A stretch of 57,311 bases of DNA from Candidatus Limnocylindria bacterium. Lineage in GTDB: Bacteria; Chloroflexota; Limnocylindria; Limnocylindrales; CSP1-4. A program made the position numbers and the translations under genes. Numbering within the stretch: the stretch's first letter is position 1; each line of letters starts with the position of its first letter. A model generated the notes under the pieces. It was not told the origin of the DNA. It was given only the letters and a program-made list of their open reading frames with translations, and did no database searches. The stretch is taken from the NCBI GenBank assembly GCA_041491485.1, contig JBGPVC010000002.1, positions 1-57,311 on the forward strand. Reading direction: 5' to 3'. This document shows positions 17,532 to 27,142 of this stretch, piece after piece.

Positions 17532-19096
17532 CGGCCGCCGGCGGCCTCGCCCGGGCGGGTGTGATCGTGTCCGGCGCCTTCCTGGTCTCGCGCGTCCTGG
17601 GATGGGTTCGGCTGGTGGTCTTCGCGCAGCTGTTCGACGCGGCCGAGCTCGACCCGTTCTTCGCGGCCTTCCGCATCCCCGACCTGATCTTCCAGCTCGT
17701 CGCGGCCGGAGCCCTATCGTCGGCCCTCATCCCGATCGTCGCGAGCCTGCTCGAGCGGGACGAGGAGGCGCACGCCTGGCGCGTGGTCTCCACGGTCATC
17801 AACCTGATGCTGATCGCGCTGGCGACGCTCGCCGCGATCCTGTTCGTGCTGGCGCCGGCGGTCATGCGCGTCATCGCGCCGGGGTTCGAGGGCGCGCAGC
17901 TCGATCAGACGATCGTCCTGACCCGGATCATGTTGCTCAGCCCGATCTTCCTGGCGATGGGGGCCGTGGCCACCAGCGTCCTCAATGCCGGCGGCCGGTT
18001 CGCCGCGTCGGCGATCGCGCCAAGCGTCTACAACCTGGCGATCATCGGCGGGGCGCTGTTCCTGGCCCCGACCTTCGGCGTGCCCGGTCTGGCCGTCGGC
18101 GTCGTCGGCGGGTCGGTGGGCCACCTGCTCGTCCAGCTCCAGCCGCTGAGGCGGCTCGGCTTTCACTACGAACCGAGGATCGACCGGGACGATCCTGAGG
18201 CGAGACGGGCGCTGCTGCTGATGGCGCCCCGGGCGTTCGGGCTCGGCGCGGGCCAGGTCACGTTCATCGTCGTCACGGCGCTCGCGTCCACGGTCTCGCT
18301 GGGCGCCGTGACCGACTTCAACTACGCGTTCATCCTGCTGCAGATCCCGATCGGCGTGATCGGCGTGCCGCTCGGCATCGTGCTGCTGCCGTCGCTGTCA
18401 CGCGATGCCGCCGTCGGTCGGGAGGCCGAGTTCGCCGGGCTGCTGACGCGCGCGTTGCGGTTGCTGCTGTTTGCGATGATTCCGATTGCCGCGCTGACCG
18501 CGGTCCTGCGCCGGGAGCTGGTCGACCTCCTGTTCGGCGGGGGCCGACTGGGCCCGACCGACCTCGAGCTCATCGCGACCACCTTGCTCTGGTTCCTGAC
18601 CGGCCTCGCGGCGCATGCGCTGATCGCCGTGCTCGCCCGGGCGTTCTATGCCCGGCAGGACACGCTCACGCCCGTCCTCGCGGCGATCGCCGCCGTGGCC
18701 GTCAACACCACCCTGGCCGTCCTCCTCGTCGGGCCGCTCGGCTTGAGCGGGATCGCACTGGCGATCGCGGTGGCGGCGTGGCTGGAGGCGATCGCCCTGA
18801 TCGTGGTCCTGCGTGCCCGTTTGCCCCACCTGCGCCTGGGAGGACTGGGCCGGGTGACGATCGAGGCCCTCGCCGGGTCGCTCGTGGCCGGCATGATCGC
18901 GATCGGCGTCGTGGTCCTCGCCGAGCAGCTGCTGGGTGTCGCGCCCTCGCGGCTTGCACTGATCGGCGAGAGCGTGGTGGTCACGCTCGCCTTCGGACTG
19001 GCCTTCGTCGCCGTCTCGCTCGTCTTGCGGATCCCCGAGCTGGCGTCTATCGTCGAGGTCATGGTCGACGTCATCCGACGCCCGTTTCGGACGTGA
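17528..19096 (+). CDS. murJ: lipid II flippase MurJ
   Basis: FFAAFRIPDLIFQLVAAGALSSALIPIV, polytopic membrane protein. GTGA overlap with the xerC stop. Confidence 0.85.
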   Translation: MTAAGGLARAGVIVSGAFLVSRVLGWVRLVVFAQLFDAAELDPFFAAFRIPDLIFQLVAAGALSSALIPIVASLLERDEEAHAWRVVSTVINLMLIALATLAAILFVLAPAVMRVIAPGFEGAQLDQTIVLTRIMLLSPIFLAMGAVATSVLNAGGRFAASAIAPSVYNLAIIGGALFLAPTFGVPGLAVGVVGGSVGHLLVQLQPLRRLGFHYEPRIDRDDPEARRALLLMAPRAFGLGAGQVTFIVVTALASTVSLGAVTDFNYAFILLQIPIGVIGVPLGIVLLPSLSRDAAVGREAEFAGLLTRALRLLLFAMIPIAALTAVLRRELVDLLFGGGRLGPTDLELIATTLLWFLTGLAAHALIAVLARAFYARQDTLTPVLAAIAAVAVNTTLAVLLVGPLGLSGIALAIAVAAWLEAIALIVVLRARLPHLRLGGLGRVTIEALAGSLVAGMIAIGVVVLAEQLLGVAPSRLALIGESVVVTLAFGLAFVAVSLVLRIPELASIVEVMVDVIRRPFRT

Positions 19097-20151
19097 CGAC
19101 CGCGGATCCGGAGGCGTGGGACCAGTTCGTCGAGGCGAGTGATCCGGGCTCCTATCTGCAGCTCAGCGCGTGGGCAGGGGTCAAGGCCGTGAACGGCTGG
19201 TCCGCCCATCGCGTCCTGGTCCCGTCGGGAACGGGACAGGTCGGGGCGCAGATCCTGGTCCGCCGCCCGCGCCCGATGCCCTGGGCGTTCGCCTATGCCC
19301 CGCGGGGGCCGGTGGCCGGCGCCTGGGCGGCCGCGAGCGTCGCCGAATTCAGCGCGGGGGTCCGGGAGGCGCTGCCCGCGGCCGCCGGGCGAGTCTCGCA
19401 CTTGCGGGTGGACCCGGAGATCGAGGCCGACGGTCCGCACGACGAAGGCGGAAGGCTCCGCGAGGCGTTCCGCGCAGCGGGCTGGCGGCCTGCGCCGCCG
19501 ATCCAGCCGGCGGCCACCCGGATCGTGGACCTGCGAGCCGACGAGGCCAGCCTGTGGGGCGACCTGCGCAAGAAGTGGCGCCAGTACGTCAACAAGGCGC
19601 GGAGCGCCGGGATCGAGGTGGTCGACGGCGGTGCGGGGCGGTTGCCGGAGTTCTACCGGATCTACCGCGAGACCGCGGCCCGAGCCGGCTTCCTGATCCG
19701 GACCGAAGCTGCGTACCGCGACGTGTGGGACGCCTTCGCGCCTGCCGGACGGGCCCGGCTGCTGTTCGCCCAGCTGCCCGACGGCGAGCCCGTGGCGACG
19801 CTCTTCCTGCTCCGCTGCGGGCCTCGCGTCGTGGAGCCGTACGGCGGGATGACCGTGACCGGCGGCGACACGCGGGCCAACTACCTGCTCAAGTGGGAGG
19901 CGATCCGCAGCTCGCAGGCCGCGGGAGCCGCGACCTATGACCTGTGGGGCCTGGCGACCGGCGGGATCGCCCACTTCAAGACGGGGTTCGGCGGTCGCGA
20001 GGTGCGCTACGTCGGCGCCTGGGACCTCGTCCTCGACCCGCTCGGCCGCGCCGCCTATGGCGCCGCACAACGCGGCCGCGTGTGGTGGGCGCGTCGCCGG
20101 CACGGCCTCGTGGCGAGTGGCAGCGCCGCCGCCTACGGACCGGCCGATTGA
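19093..20151 (+). CDS. FemAB-family peptidoglycan interpeptide-bridge aminoacyltransferase (paralog 1)
   Basis: FemX-like N-terminus (WDQFV...YLQLSAWAGVKAVNGW) and C-terminus (YLLKWEAIR...YDLWG...FKTGFGG). GTGA overlap with murJ. Confidence 0.8.
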   Translation: MTTADPEAWDQFVEASDPGSYLQLSAWAGVKAVNGWSAHRVLVPSGTGQVGAQILVRRPRPMPWAFAYAPRGPVAGAWAAASVAEFSAGVREALPAAAGRVSHLRVDPEIEADGPHDEGGRLREAFRAAGWRPAPPIQPAATRIVDLRADEASLWGDLRKKWRQYVNKARSAGIEVVDGGAGRLPEFYRIYRETAARAGFLIRTEAAYRDVWDAFAPAGRARLLFAQLPDGEPVATLFLLRCGPRVVEPYGGMTVTGGDTRANYLLKWEAIRSSQAAGAATYDLWGLATGGIAHFKTGFGGREVRYVGAWDLVLDPLGRAAYGAAQRGRVWWARRRHGLVASGSAAAYGPAD

Positions 20152-21299
20152 ACGCGCGAGACGCTCGCCCCGACGAGCTGGCCGGCTGGGACGCGCTGAC
20201 CGTGGAGGCGGCCGGCGGCCACGTCTACCAGTCGAGGGCGTGGGCCGAGCACCGGCGGGCCTCGGGCTGGTCGCCGCGCTTCCTCGTGACCGACGATGGT
20301 GGGCGGGTCTTGGCGCTCACCCGCCACTGGCGGTGGGTCGCCGGCAGCGGCGCGTATCTCCCGCGCGGGCCGGTCCCGGCCGGGATGGGCGCGACGCCAG
20401 CCGCCCTCGCCGATCGTCAGATCGCGGTGAGCGAGGCGCTGGCGCGTGACGGCGTGGACGTGGTGGCGGCGGACCCCGAGGTGCCGGCCACTGTGGGCGC
20501 CTATCGCAGCGCGATCGTGGCGGCCGGTTTCCGCCCGATCGAGGAGCTCCAGCCGTCGCGGCACCGGGTGACCCTGCCCCTGAAGGAATTCGGGGCAGCC
20601 GGCGCCGGGAAGGGCGATGCGGCCGGCGAGGCCGCCACCTTCGAGGCGATCGCCAAGTCCACCCGTCAGCGAGTCCGGGCTGCCGAACGCGACGGCCTGG
20701 TCGTCGTGCGCCACGATGCCCAGCCTCGGGCGGACGGGGCAGGGGAGGGGTTCGTCGACCCGGTCGAGCCCGCGACCGCCGCCCTCGACCGGTTCTACGG
20801 TCTCCTTCTGGAGACGGGCGAGCGCCGACATTTCACCTTCGGGCCGCGGCCGGCGTTCGTGGCCTGGTGGCAAGCCGCCCTGGCGGCCGGCCATCTCGTC
20901 TACCTCGAGGCACGTGTCGCCGCGTCGCGGGCCGGCGCGGACGAGCCGCTCGCCGGGCTGATCGTCTACCGCCACGGCGGCCGCCTGTCCACGGTTCACT
21001 CGGCCGACCACGCCGCATCGAGAGCGGCGCACCCCGGTGCCCTTCACCTGCTCCGCTGGCGGGCGATCCAGCTGGCGATCCGCGAAGGCTGCATCGAGAT
21101 GGATCTCGGAGGCGTCGATATCGCCGGATCGCGCGGTGAGCCCCGCGAGGGCGACCCGCTCTACGGCCTGTACCAGCACAAGCGAGCGTTTGGCGGACGC
21201 TGGCTCGAGCTGACCGGCGCCCACGAACGGATCTTCGACCCGCGCGGCTATGCGCTCGGGCGGTTGGCCGGTCGCGTCTCCGCTGTCCTGCACCGATGA
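20148..21299 (+). CDS. FemAB-family protein (paralog 2)
   Basis: WDALTVEAAGGHVYQSRAWAEHRRASGW ... LHLLRWRAIQLAIREGCIEMDLGGV...YQHKRAFGG. The only in-frame start consistent with the N-terminal homology is TTG 20148 (TTGA overlap). Confidence 0.7.
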   Translation: MNARDARPDELAGWDALTVEAAGGHVYQSRAWAEHRRASGWSPRFLVTDDGGRVLALTRHWRWVAGSGAYLPRGPVPAGMGATPAALADRQIAVSEALARDGVDVVAADPEVPATVGAYRSAIVAAGFRPIEELQPSRHRVTLPLKEFGAAGAGKGDAAGEAATFEAIAKSTRQRVRAAERDGLVVVRHDAQPRADGAGEGFVDPVEPATAALDRFYGLLLETGERRHFTFGPRPAFVAWWQAALAAGHLVYLEARVAASRAGADEPLAGLIVYRHGGRLSTVHSADHAASRAAHPGALHLLRWRAIQLAIREGCIEMDLGGVDIAGSRGEPREGDPLYGLYQHKRAFGGRWLELTGAHERIFDPRGYALGRLAGRVSAVLHR

Positions 21300-22930
21300 C
21301 CGAGCGGACGCTGGCCGAGCTGCTCCGCGCCGCCGAGCCGTCGGCTGCCCGGCCGCTGGCGAGCCTGATCGAGCGGCTCACGGCCGATGGCACCATCCGC
21401 GGAGCCCGGCTCGACCGCCGGGCGATCGGGCCGGCAGCCCTGGCCGCGGTGGCCGTCCGCGGCGTGACCCAGGATTCTCGGAGCGTGAGCGGCGGGAGTC
21501 TCTTCGTCGCGATCGCCGGCCAGCACGTGGACGGTCACGACTTCGTGGCGGCGGCCGCGGCGCAGGGTGCCGCCGCAGCCGTCGTGGAACGTCCCGTGAC
21601 CGACGTCGCGCTGCCTCAGCTCGTCGTCGCCAGCAGCCCGGCCGCCCTCGCCCGGTCGGCCGCCTGGTGGTACGGCGACCCGAGCCGGGAGCTCGCCGTC
21701 ATCGGCGTGACCGGCACGGACGGGAAGACCACGACCTCGTTCCTCGCGGTCGCGGCCCTCGAGGCCGCCGGCATCAAGACCGGCATGGTTAGCACCGCCG
21801 TGGCCAGGATCGGCGGCGTCGACGAGCCGAACGAGGCGCACGCCACGACCCCGGAGGCACCCGCGCTCCAGTCGGCGCTCCGCGCGATGGCCGGCGCCGG
21901 CGATCGCGCCGCGGTGGTCGAGACGACCTCGCACGGACTCGCCCTCCACCGCGTCGACGAGATCGCCTATGACGTGGCGATCCTGACCAACCTGACCCAC
22001 GAGCACCTCGAGCTCCACGGCAGCTGGGAGGCCTACCGCGACGCGAAGCTGTCGCTCTTCGAACGCCTGGGCGGACGACGTCCGGCCAAGGAACACGCAC
22101 TGGTCTGGCCGCGGGCCGGGATCGTCAACCTGGACGACCCATCGGCGGGCGCGTTCATCGGCGTGACCCAGGAGGCGGGCGCGCGGGTCGTGACCTACGG
22201 CACGGATCCGGGGGCCGACGTCCGAGCCAGTCGCGTCGAGGAGGACGCCCGTGGCCTGCGCGTCGCGTATGTCGCTCCCTCGGGTGCGGCGACCCTCGAG
22301 CTGCGATTGGCGGGTCGCTTCAATGTCCACAATGCCCTCGCGATCGTGGCGCTCGGGGAGGCCGTGGGCCTGGACGCCGCAGCCGTCCGTCGCGGGCTCG
22401 CGTCGGTGGAGCGCGTGCCGGGGCGGATGGAGCGGATCGATCTCGGCCAGCCATTCGGCGTCATCGTCGACTACGCTCATAGCCCGGCTTCGCTCACGAC
22501 GGTGCTCGACCTGCTCGCACCGGTCGCGGCCTCGCGGGGCGGCGGCCTGATCGCGGTCTTCGGCTCGGCCGGCGAACGCGACAGGGCCAAGCGGCCGCTC
22601 ATGGGCCGCAGTGCCGGGGAACGCTGCCGGCTCGTCGTGATCACCGACGAGGACCCGCGTGGCGAAGACCGCGAGGCGATCCTGGACGCGATCGCACGGG
22701 GCGCCGAGGCCGCCGGACGGCGACGCGGCCACGACCTCCTGCTCATCGCCGACCGTCCGGCGGCGATCGAGGCTGCGTTCGAGCGGGCCCGCCCGGGCGA
22801 CGTCGTCCTCCTCGCCGGGAAGGGCCACGAGGCCTCGATCATCGGCCCCGATGGTCCGGTCCCGTACGACGAGCGAACGACCGCTCTCGAGGCCCTGGGC
22901 CGGCTCGGTTTCGGCGGCGGCGGCGGCTGA
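21296..22930 (+). CDS. murE: UDP-MurNAc-L-Ala-D-Glu:diamino-acid ligase MurE
   Basis: VIGVTGTDGKTTTSFL, DYAHSPASL, ITDEDPRGED. ATGA overlap with the preceding gene. Confidence 0.9.
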   Translation: MTERTLAELLRAAEPSAARPLASLIERLTADGTIRGARLDRRAIGPAALAAVAVRGVTQDSRSVSGGSLFVAIAGQHVDGHDFVAAAAAQGAAAAVVERPVTDVALPQLVVASSPAALARSAAWWYGDPSRELAVIGVTGTDGKTTTSFLAVAALEAAGIKTGMVSTAVARIGGVDEPNEAHATTPEAPALQSALRAMAGAGDRAAVVETTSHGLALHRVDEIAYDVAILTNLTHEHLELHGSWEAYRDAKLSLFERLGGRRPAKEHALVWPRAGIVNLDDPSAGAFIGVTQEAGARVVTYGTDPGADVRASRVEEDARGLRVAYVAPSGAATLELRLAGRFNVHNALAIVALGEAVGLDAAAVRRGLASVERVPGRMERIDLGQPFGVIVDYAHSPASLTTVLDLLAPVAASRGGGLIAVFGSAGERDRAKRPLMGRSAGERCRLVVITDEDPRGEDREAILDAIARGAEAAGRRRGHDLLLIADRPAAIEAAFERARPGDVVLLAGKGHEASIIGPDGPVPYDERTTALEALGRLGFGGGGG

Positions 22931-23057
22931 GCCTTCGAGGGTGCCCGCCGGTCGTCTTCCTCGGCATGGCATTCCTCGGGGCGACCGCCTGGGTCGCCGG
23001 CCGGCCGCTGGCCGTGCCCGGCCGTTCGCGCCGTACCCACTGGTATCCTGACCGATC

Positions 23058-25307
23058 ATGGCTACCGTTCCTCCACGCACGAAGACGCCGACGGCGGAGC
23101 GCACCGCAAAGCGCGGACCGCGCCGGCCGGCGCTCGTGGCGACGTCCGGGTCATCCGAGAAGCCGGATCTCGAGGCGCTGCGGCGCCAGCTCTACGCCGC
23201 CATCCTGGCCGAGCACCCGGGTGCTGATCTCGAAGGCGTCGGCAAGGCGTTCGACCTAGCGGTGGTCGCCCACGAGGGTCAGCCGCGGGCAACGGGCGAG
23301 CCGTACGTCACCCACCCGATCGCGACAGCGCAGATGCTGGCGGAGCTCGGGCTCGATCCCGTCGCAATCCAGGCGGCGTTGCTCCACGACGTGCCCGAGG
23401 ACACCGAGTACAGCCTGACCGATGTCGAAGAGCGCTTCGGTTCCGAGGTCGCCCAGCTCGTCGACGGCGTCACCAAACTGTCGAAGTTCAGCACCCACAG
23501 CCACGAGCAGCAGCAGGCCGAGAACATCCGGAAGATGCTCCTGGCGATGGCCCAGGACATCCGCGTCGTGCTGATCAAGCTGGCCGACCGGCTCCACAAC
23601 ATGCGCACCCTGTACGGGCTGCCGGCCGAGAAGCAGTTCCGCATCGCTCGCCAGACCATGGAGATCTACGCGCCGCTGGCCGAGCGGCTTGGGATCTGGC
23701 AGATGAAGTGGGAGCTCGAGGATCTGGCGTTCAAGACCCTCGAGCCCGAGCGCTTCCGGGAGCTGGCCAAGCTGCTCGACACGCGGCGGGTTGGTCGCGA
23801 GAGCTACATCGACCGGGCGATCGCCGAGCTGCGCCCAAGGCTCGAGGCGGCGGGCATCGACGTCGACCTCCAGGGGCGCCCCAAGCACATCTACAGCATC
23901 TGGAAAAAGATGGAGCGCAAGAGCGCCGAGTTCGGCGAGATCTACGACGTGTACGCCATCCGGATCCTGGTCGACGACGTGCGCGACTGCTACGCGGCAC
24001 TGGGAATCGTCCATTCGCTGTGGCGGCCGATCCCCGGCCAGTTCGACGACTACATCGCGGTCCCCAAGAACAACCTGTACCAGTCACTCCACACCGCCGT
24101 GATCGCGCTCGACGGCAAGCCGCTCGAGATCCAGATCCGGACGCACCAGATGCACCAGGTCAGCGAGGTCGGAATCGCCGCCCACTGGCGCTACAAGGAA
24201 GGGACCAAGTCCGATCGCGAATACGACGCCAAGCTCGCCTGGCTGCGGCAGCTGCTCGACTGGCAGCGCGACGTGTCGGACGCGACCGAGTTCGTCGAGG
24301 GGATCAAGCTCGACATCTTCCAGGACCAGGTCTTCGTGTTCACCCCGAAGGGCGACATCAAGGACCTGCCCGCGGGTGCCACGCCGCTCGACTTCGCGTA
24401 CCGCATCCACACGGACGTCGGCCACCGGACGATCGGCGCCAAGGTCAACAACCGGCTGGTCCCGCTCGACTACCGCCTCAAGAACGGCGACATCGTGGAG
24501 GTCGTCACGACCAAGGGCGAGCACGGCCCGTCGCGCGACTGGATGAACGTCGTCCGGACGAGCCACGCCCGCGAGAAGATCCGCCAATGGTTCAAGCGCA
24601 AGGACCGCGACGAGAACATCGTCCACGGGAAGGAATCGCTCGATCGCGAGCTTCGCCGCCTGGCGCGAACGTCGATCGCCGCGATCGGCGCGGACCGGAT
24701 CGCCGAGGTGGCCAAGCACTACAACTACGAAGCGCTCGATGACTTCTACGCGGCCGTCGGCTATGGCGCCGTCAGCGCCCAGTCGGTGGTCATGCGCCTC
24801 GGCGTCGTGGATGACACCCAGGACACGCTGCCGACCGTCGCGCCGGCCCCGCACGTGCCACGGACCGGCGGTGTCCGGGTCAAGGGCGTTGGTGACTTGC
24901 TCGTTCGCTTCGCCAAGTGCTGCCACCCGATCCCGGGCGATCCGATCGTCGGCTTCATCACCCGCGGCAAGGGCGTGACCGTGCACCTCCAGTCCTGTCC
25001 GACAGTGGTCAACGAACGCGAGGTGAGCCGGCTGATCGAGGTCGAGTGGGAAGCCGCGCCGACCCAGACGTATCCGATCGCCATCCGGGTGGAGGCGTAC
25101 GACCGGACGGGACTGCTCAGCGACATCAGCCAGGTCGTCGCCGAGAACAAGGTCAACATCCTTGCGGCGCAAGTGGCCGTCACCTCGGACCACACCGCGG
25201 TGGTCACGGCCACGCTCCAGGTCGCATCGGTCTCACAGCTGGCCAAGGTCATGAGCCGGATCGAGACGCTCAAGGACGTCATCACCGTGCAGCGCGACCT
25301 CGGCTGA
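23058..25307 (+). CDS. relA: bifunctional (p)ppGpp synthetase/hydrolase RelA/SpoT
   Basis: HD motif LLHDVPEDT, a synthetase core, and TGS and ACT regions. 749 aa. Confidence 0.95.
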   Translation: MATVPPRTKTPTAERTAKRGPRRPALVATSGSSEKPDLEALRRQLYAAILAEHPGADLEGVGKAFDLAVVAHEGQPRATGEPYVTHPIATAQMLAELGLDPVAIQAALLHDVPEDTEYSLTDVEERFGSEVAQLVDGVTKLSKFSTHSHEQQQAENIRKMLLAMAQDIRVVLIKLADRLHNMRTLYGLPAEKQFRIARQTMEIYAPLAERLGIWQMKWELEDLAFKTLEPERFRELAKLLDTRRVGRESYIDRAIAELRPRLEAAGIDVDLQGRPKHIYSIWKKMERKSAEFGEIYDVYAIRILVDDVRDCYAALGIVHSLWRPIPGQFDDYIAVPKNNLYQSLHTAVIALDGKPLEIQIRTHQMHQVSEVGIAAHWRYKEGTKSDREYDAKLAWLRQLLDWQRDVSDATEFVEGIKLDIFQDQVFVFTPKGDIKDLPAGATPLDFAYRIHTDVGHRTIGAKVNNRLVPLDYRLKNGDIVEVVTTKGEHGPSRDWMNVVRTSHAREKIRQWFKRKDRDENIVHGKESLDRELRRLARTSIAAIGADRIAEVAKHYNYEALDDFYAAVGYGAVSAQSVVMRLGVVDDTQDTLPTVAPAPHVPRTGGVRVKGVGDLLVRFAKCCHPIPGDPIVGFITRGKGVTVHLQSCPTVVNEREVSRLIEVEWEAAPTQTYPIAIRVEAYDRTGLLSDISQVVAENKVNILAAQVAVTSDHTAVVTATLQVASVSQLAKVMSRIETLKDVITVQRDLG

Positions 25308-25319
25308 GCCCGGCCGAGG

Positions 25320-26618
25320 ATGCCCACCTACCGAGCCCCACGCGGCACCCGGGACCTGCTGCCCACGGAGACGCCGACCTGGACGCGGCTCGAGCGGCTG
25401 GCCTCGGAGCTCGCCACCCGCTACGGCTACCGGCGGATCGAGACGCCACTCTTCGAACAATCGGAGGTCTTCGAGCGGGGGATCGGCGAGGTCACCGACG
25501 TCGTCGAGAAGGAGCTCTTCCGGATTGCGCCGCGGACGGACGAGGCGGAATCCTGGGCGCTTCGGCCCGAGCCGACCGCCGGGATCGTGCGCGCCTACGT
25601 CCAGCACGGCATGCAGACCTGGCCGCAGCCGGTGAAGGTGACCCAGATCGGGCCGATGTTCCGCTACGATCGCCCGCAGGCCGGACGCTATCGCCAGTTC
25701 TGGCAGTTCGACGTGGAGGCGATCGGGGATCCGGGTCCGGCGGTCGATGCCGAGATCGTCGAGCTCGGGACACGCTTCTACCGTGACGCCGGACTTGCGG
25801 GCGTCGAGGTCCTGCTCAATTCGATCGGGGATGGCGCCTGCCGTCCGGCGTACGTGGCCGAGTTGACCGAGTATTTCGAGACGCACCGCGCGGCCCTTCC
25901 GGCGCTGGAACGGGCCAGATTGGAGCGGAACCCGCTGCGCCTGCTCGACTCGAAGGACCCGGCCATGGCGGCGCTGAACGCCAAGGCGCCGCGGATCACC
26001 GACAGGCTCTGCGAACCCTGCGCGGAGCACTTCGCGGCTGTCCGCGCCCACCTCGACGCGCTCGGCATCGCGTACCGGCTCGAAGCCGGGCTCGTCCGCG
26101 GCCTCGACTACTACACGCGCACGGCGTTCGAGTTCTATATCGCCGGCCGGGAGGGCCAGCAGCAGGCCCTCGGCGGAGGTGGCCGCTACGACGGGCTCGT
26201 CGAGCTGCTCGGCGGCCGGTCGACGCCTGCGATCGGCTTCGGTATCGGGTTGGACCGTCTTGTCCTGGCGCTGACTGCGTCATCGGTCGCGGACCCCTCC
26301 GAGGACGCCCCAGCCGCGGTGGTCGTGGGGGCCGATCCTGACGACACCGTCACCCGGCTGCGAATCGCCACCGAGCTCCGCGCGGCGGGACTGACCGCCC
26401 GCGCCGAGCTCGGACGTCGCAAGCTCGGCAAGCAGCTCGAGGCCGCCGCACGCGACGGCGCGCATTTCGCCGTCATCGTCGGCGACGAGCTGATCGAAGG
26501 CGACGTCGGCCTGCGGGACCTGCCGGCGGGGACCCAGAAGGTCGTTCCGATCGTCGAGCTTGCCCGCGAGATCGAGCGCGCCCACGGTGCTCATCGCCAC
26601 GGCGCCGCTGACGGCTGA
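25320..26618 (+). CDS. hisS: histidine--tRNA ligase
   Basis: PRGTRDLLP, MFRYDRPQAGRYRQFWQFDVE, GGGRYDGL. Confidence 0.95.
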   Translation: MPTYRAPRGTRDLLPTETPTWTRLERLASELATRYGYRRIETPLFEQSEVFERGIGEVTDVVEKELFRIAPRTDEAESWALRPEPTAGIVRAYVQHGMQTWPQPVKVTQIGPMFRYDRPQAGRYRQFWQFDVEAIGDPGPAVDAEIVELGTRFYRDAGLAGVEVLLNSIGDGACRPAYVAELTEYFETHRAALPALERARLERNPLRLLDSKDPAMAALNAKAPRITDRLCEPCAEHFAAVRAHLDALGIAYRLEAGLVRGLDYYTRTAFEFYIAGREGQQQALGGGGRYDGLVELLGGRSTPAIGFGIGLDRLVLALTASSVADPSEDAPAAVVVGADPDDTVTRLRIATELRAAGLTARAELGRRKLGKQLEAAARDGAHFAVIVGDELIEGDVGLRDLPAGTQKVVPIVELAREIERAHGAHRHGAADG

Positions 26619-26624
26619 TGGCTG

Positions 26625-26789
26625 ATGGGCGATCGCTGGGCGGGTGGCGATGACTACGAGCGCTGCGTGGGCCGGTGGAGCCGGCAGGTCGCGGCACGCG
26701 CCACGCTCCCGATCGAGCCGGACGGTTCGATCGCGCTGGTGGCCCGCGCCTGGGCCGTGCGCGGGCGCGTTCGTGAGCGACCGCAATGA
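26625..26789 (+). pseudogene. 54-codon relic that looks like an internally deleted class I SAM-dependent methyltransferase
   Basis: MGDRWAGGDDYERCVGRWSRQVA resembles the N-terminus, and PDGSIALVARAWAVRG the extreme C-terminus, of a methyltransferase family I recall. The Rossmann core is missing. ATGA overlap with the next gene. Confidence 0.4.
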
Positions 26790-27088
26790 GTGAGTGGATC
26801 TACTTCATCCACCCGCCTCGGGATGACTTCGCGGCGACGATGACCGAGGAGGAGAAGGCCGTCTGGTCGGTCCACTTCGAGCGGTTCGAGCGCCTGTTGG
26901 CGGAGGGCACGATCATCCTTGTCGGTCCGACGCTCGGAACGGTCAACACCGGCATCGCGATCTTCGAGGCGCCGGACGAGGCGTCGGCGCGAACCCTGAT
27001 GCATGAGGATCCGGTGATCGCCGGTGGCTTCGCGCACGGCGAATTGCGCCCATTCCGGGTCTCGCTGCTCCGCGGTCGCGACGGCTGA
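26786..27088 (+). CDS. YciI-like protein
   Basis: 100 aa. The pattern ...HFERFERLLAEGTIILVGP...EASARTLMHEDPVIAGG is typical of YciI family members. Confidence 0.7.
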   Translation: MSEWIYFIHPPRDDFAATMTEEEKAVWSVHFERFERLLAEGTIILVGPTLGTVNTGIAIFEAPDEASARTLMHEDPVIAGGFAHGELRPFRVSLLRGRDG

Positions 27089-27107
27089 CCGCCTCAACAC
27101 CGGGGGG

Positions 27108-27135
27108 TTGACAAGGCTGTCTGCGTCTGTATTAT
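27108..27135 (+). promoter_or_regulatory. sigma-70-like promoter (TTGACA, 16-nt spacer, TATTAT) upstream of the ArsR gene
   Basis: Consensus -35 at 27108-27113 and a -10 at 27130-27135, in an AT-rich patch of a high-GC genome, 30 nt upstream of ATG 27165. Confidence 0.5.
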
Positions 27136-27142
27136 GCCATCA

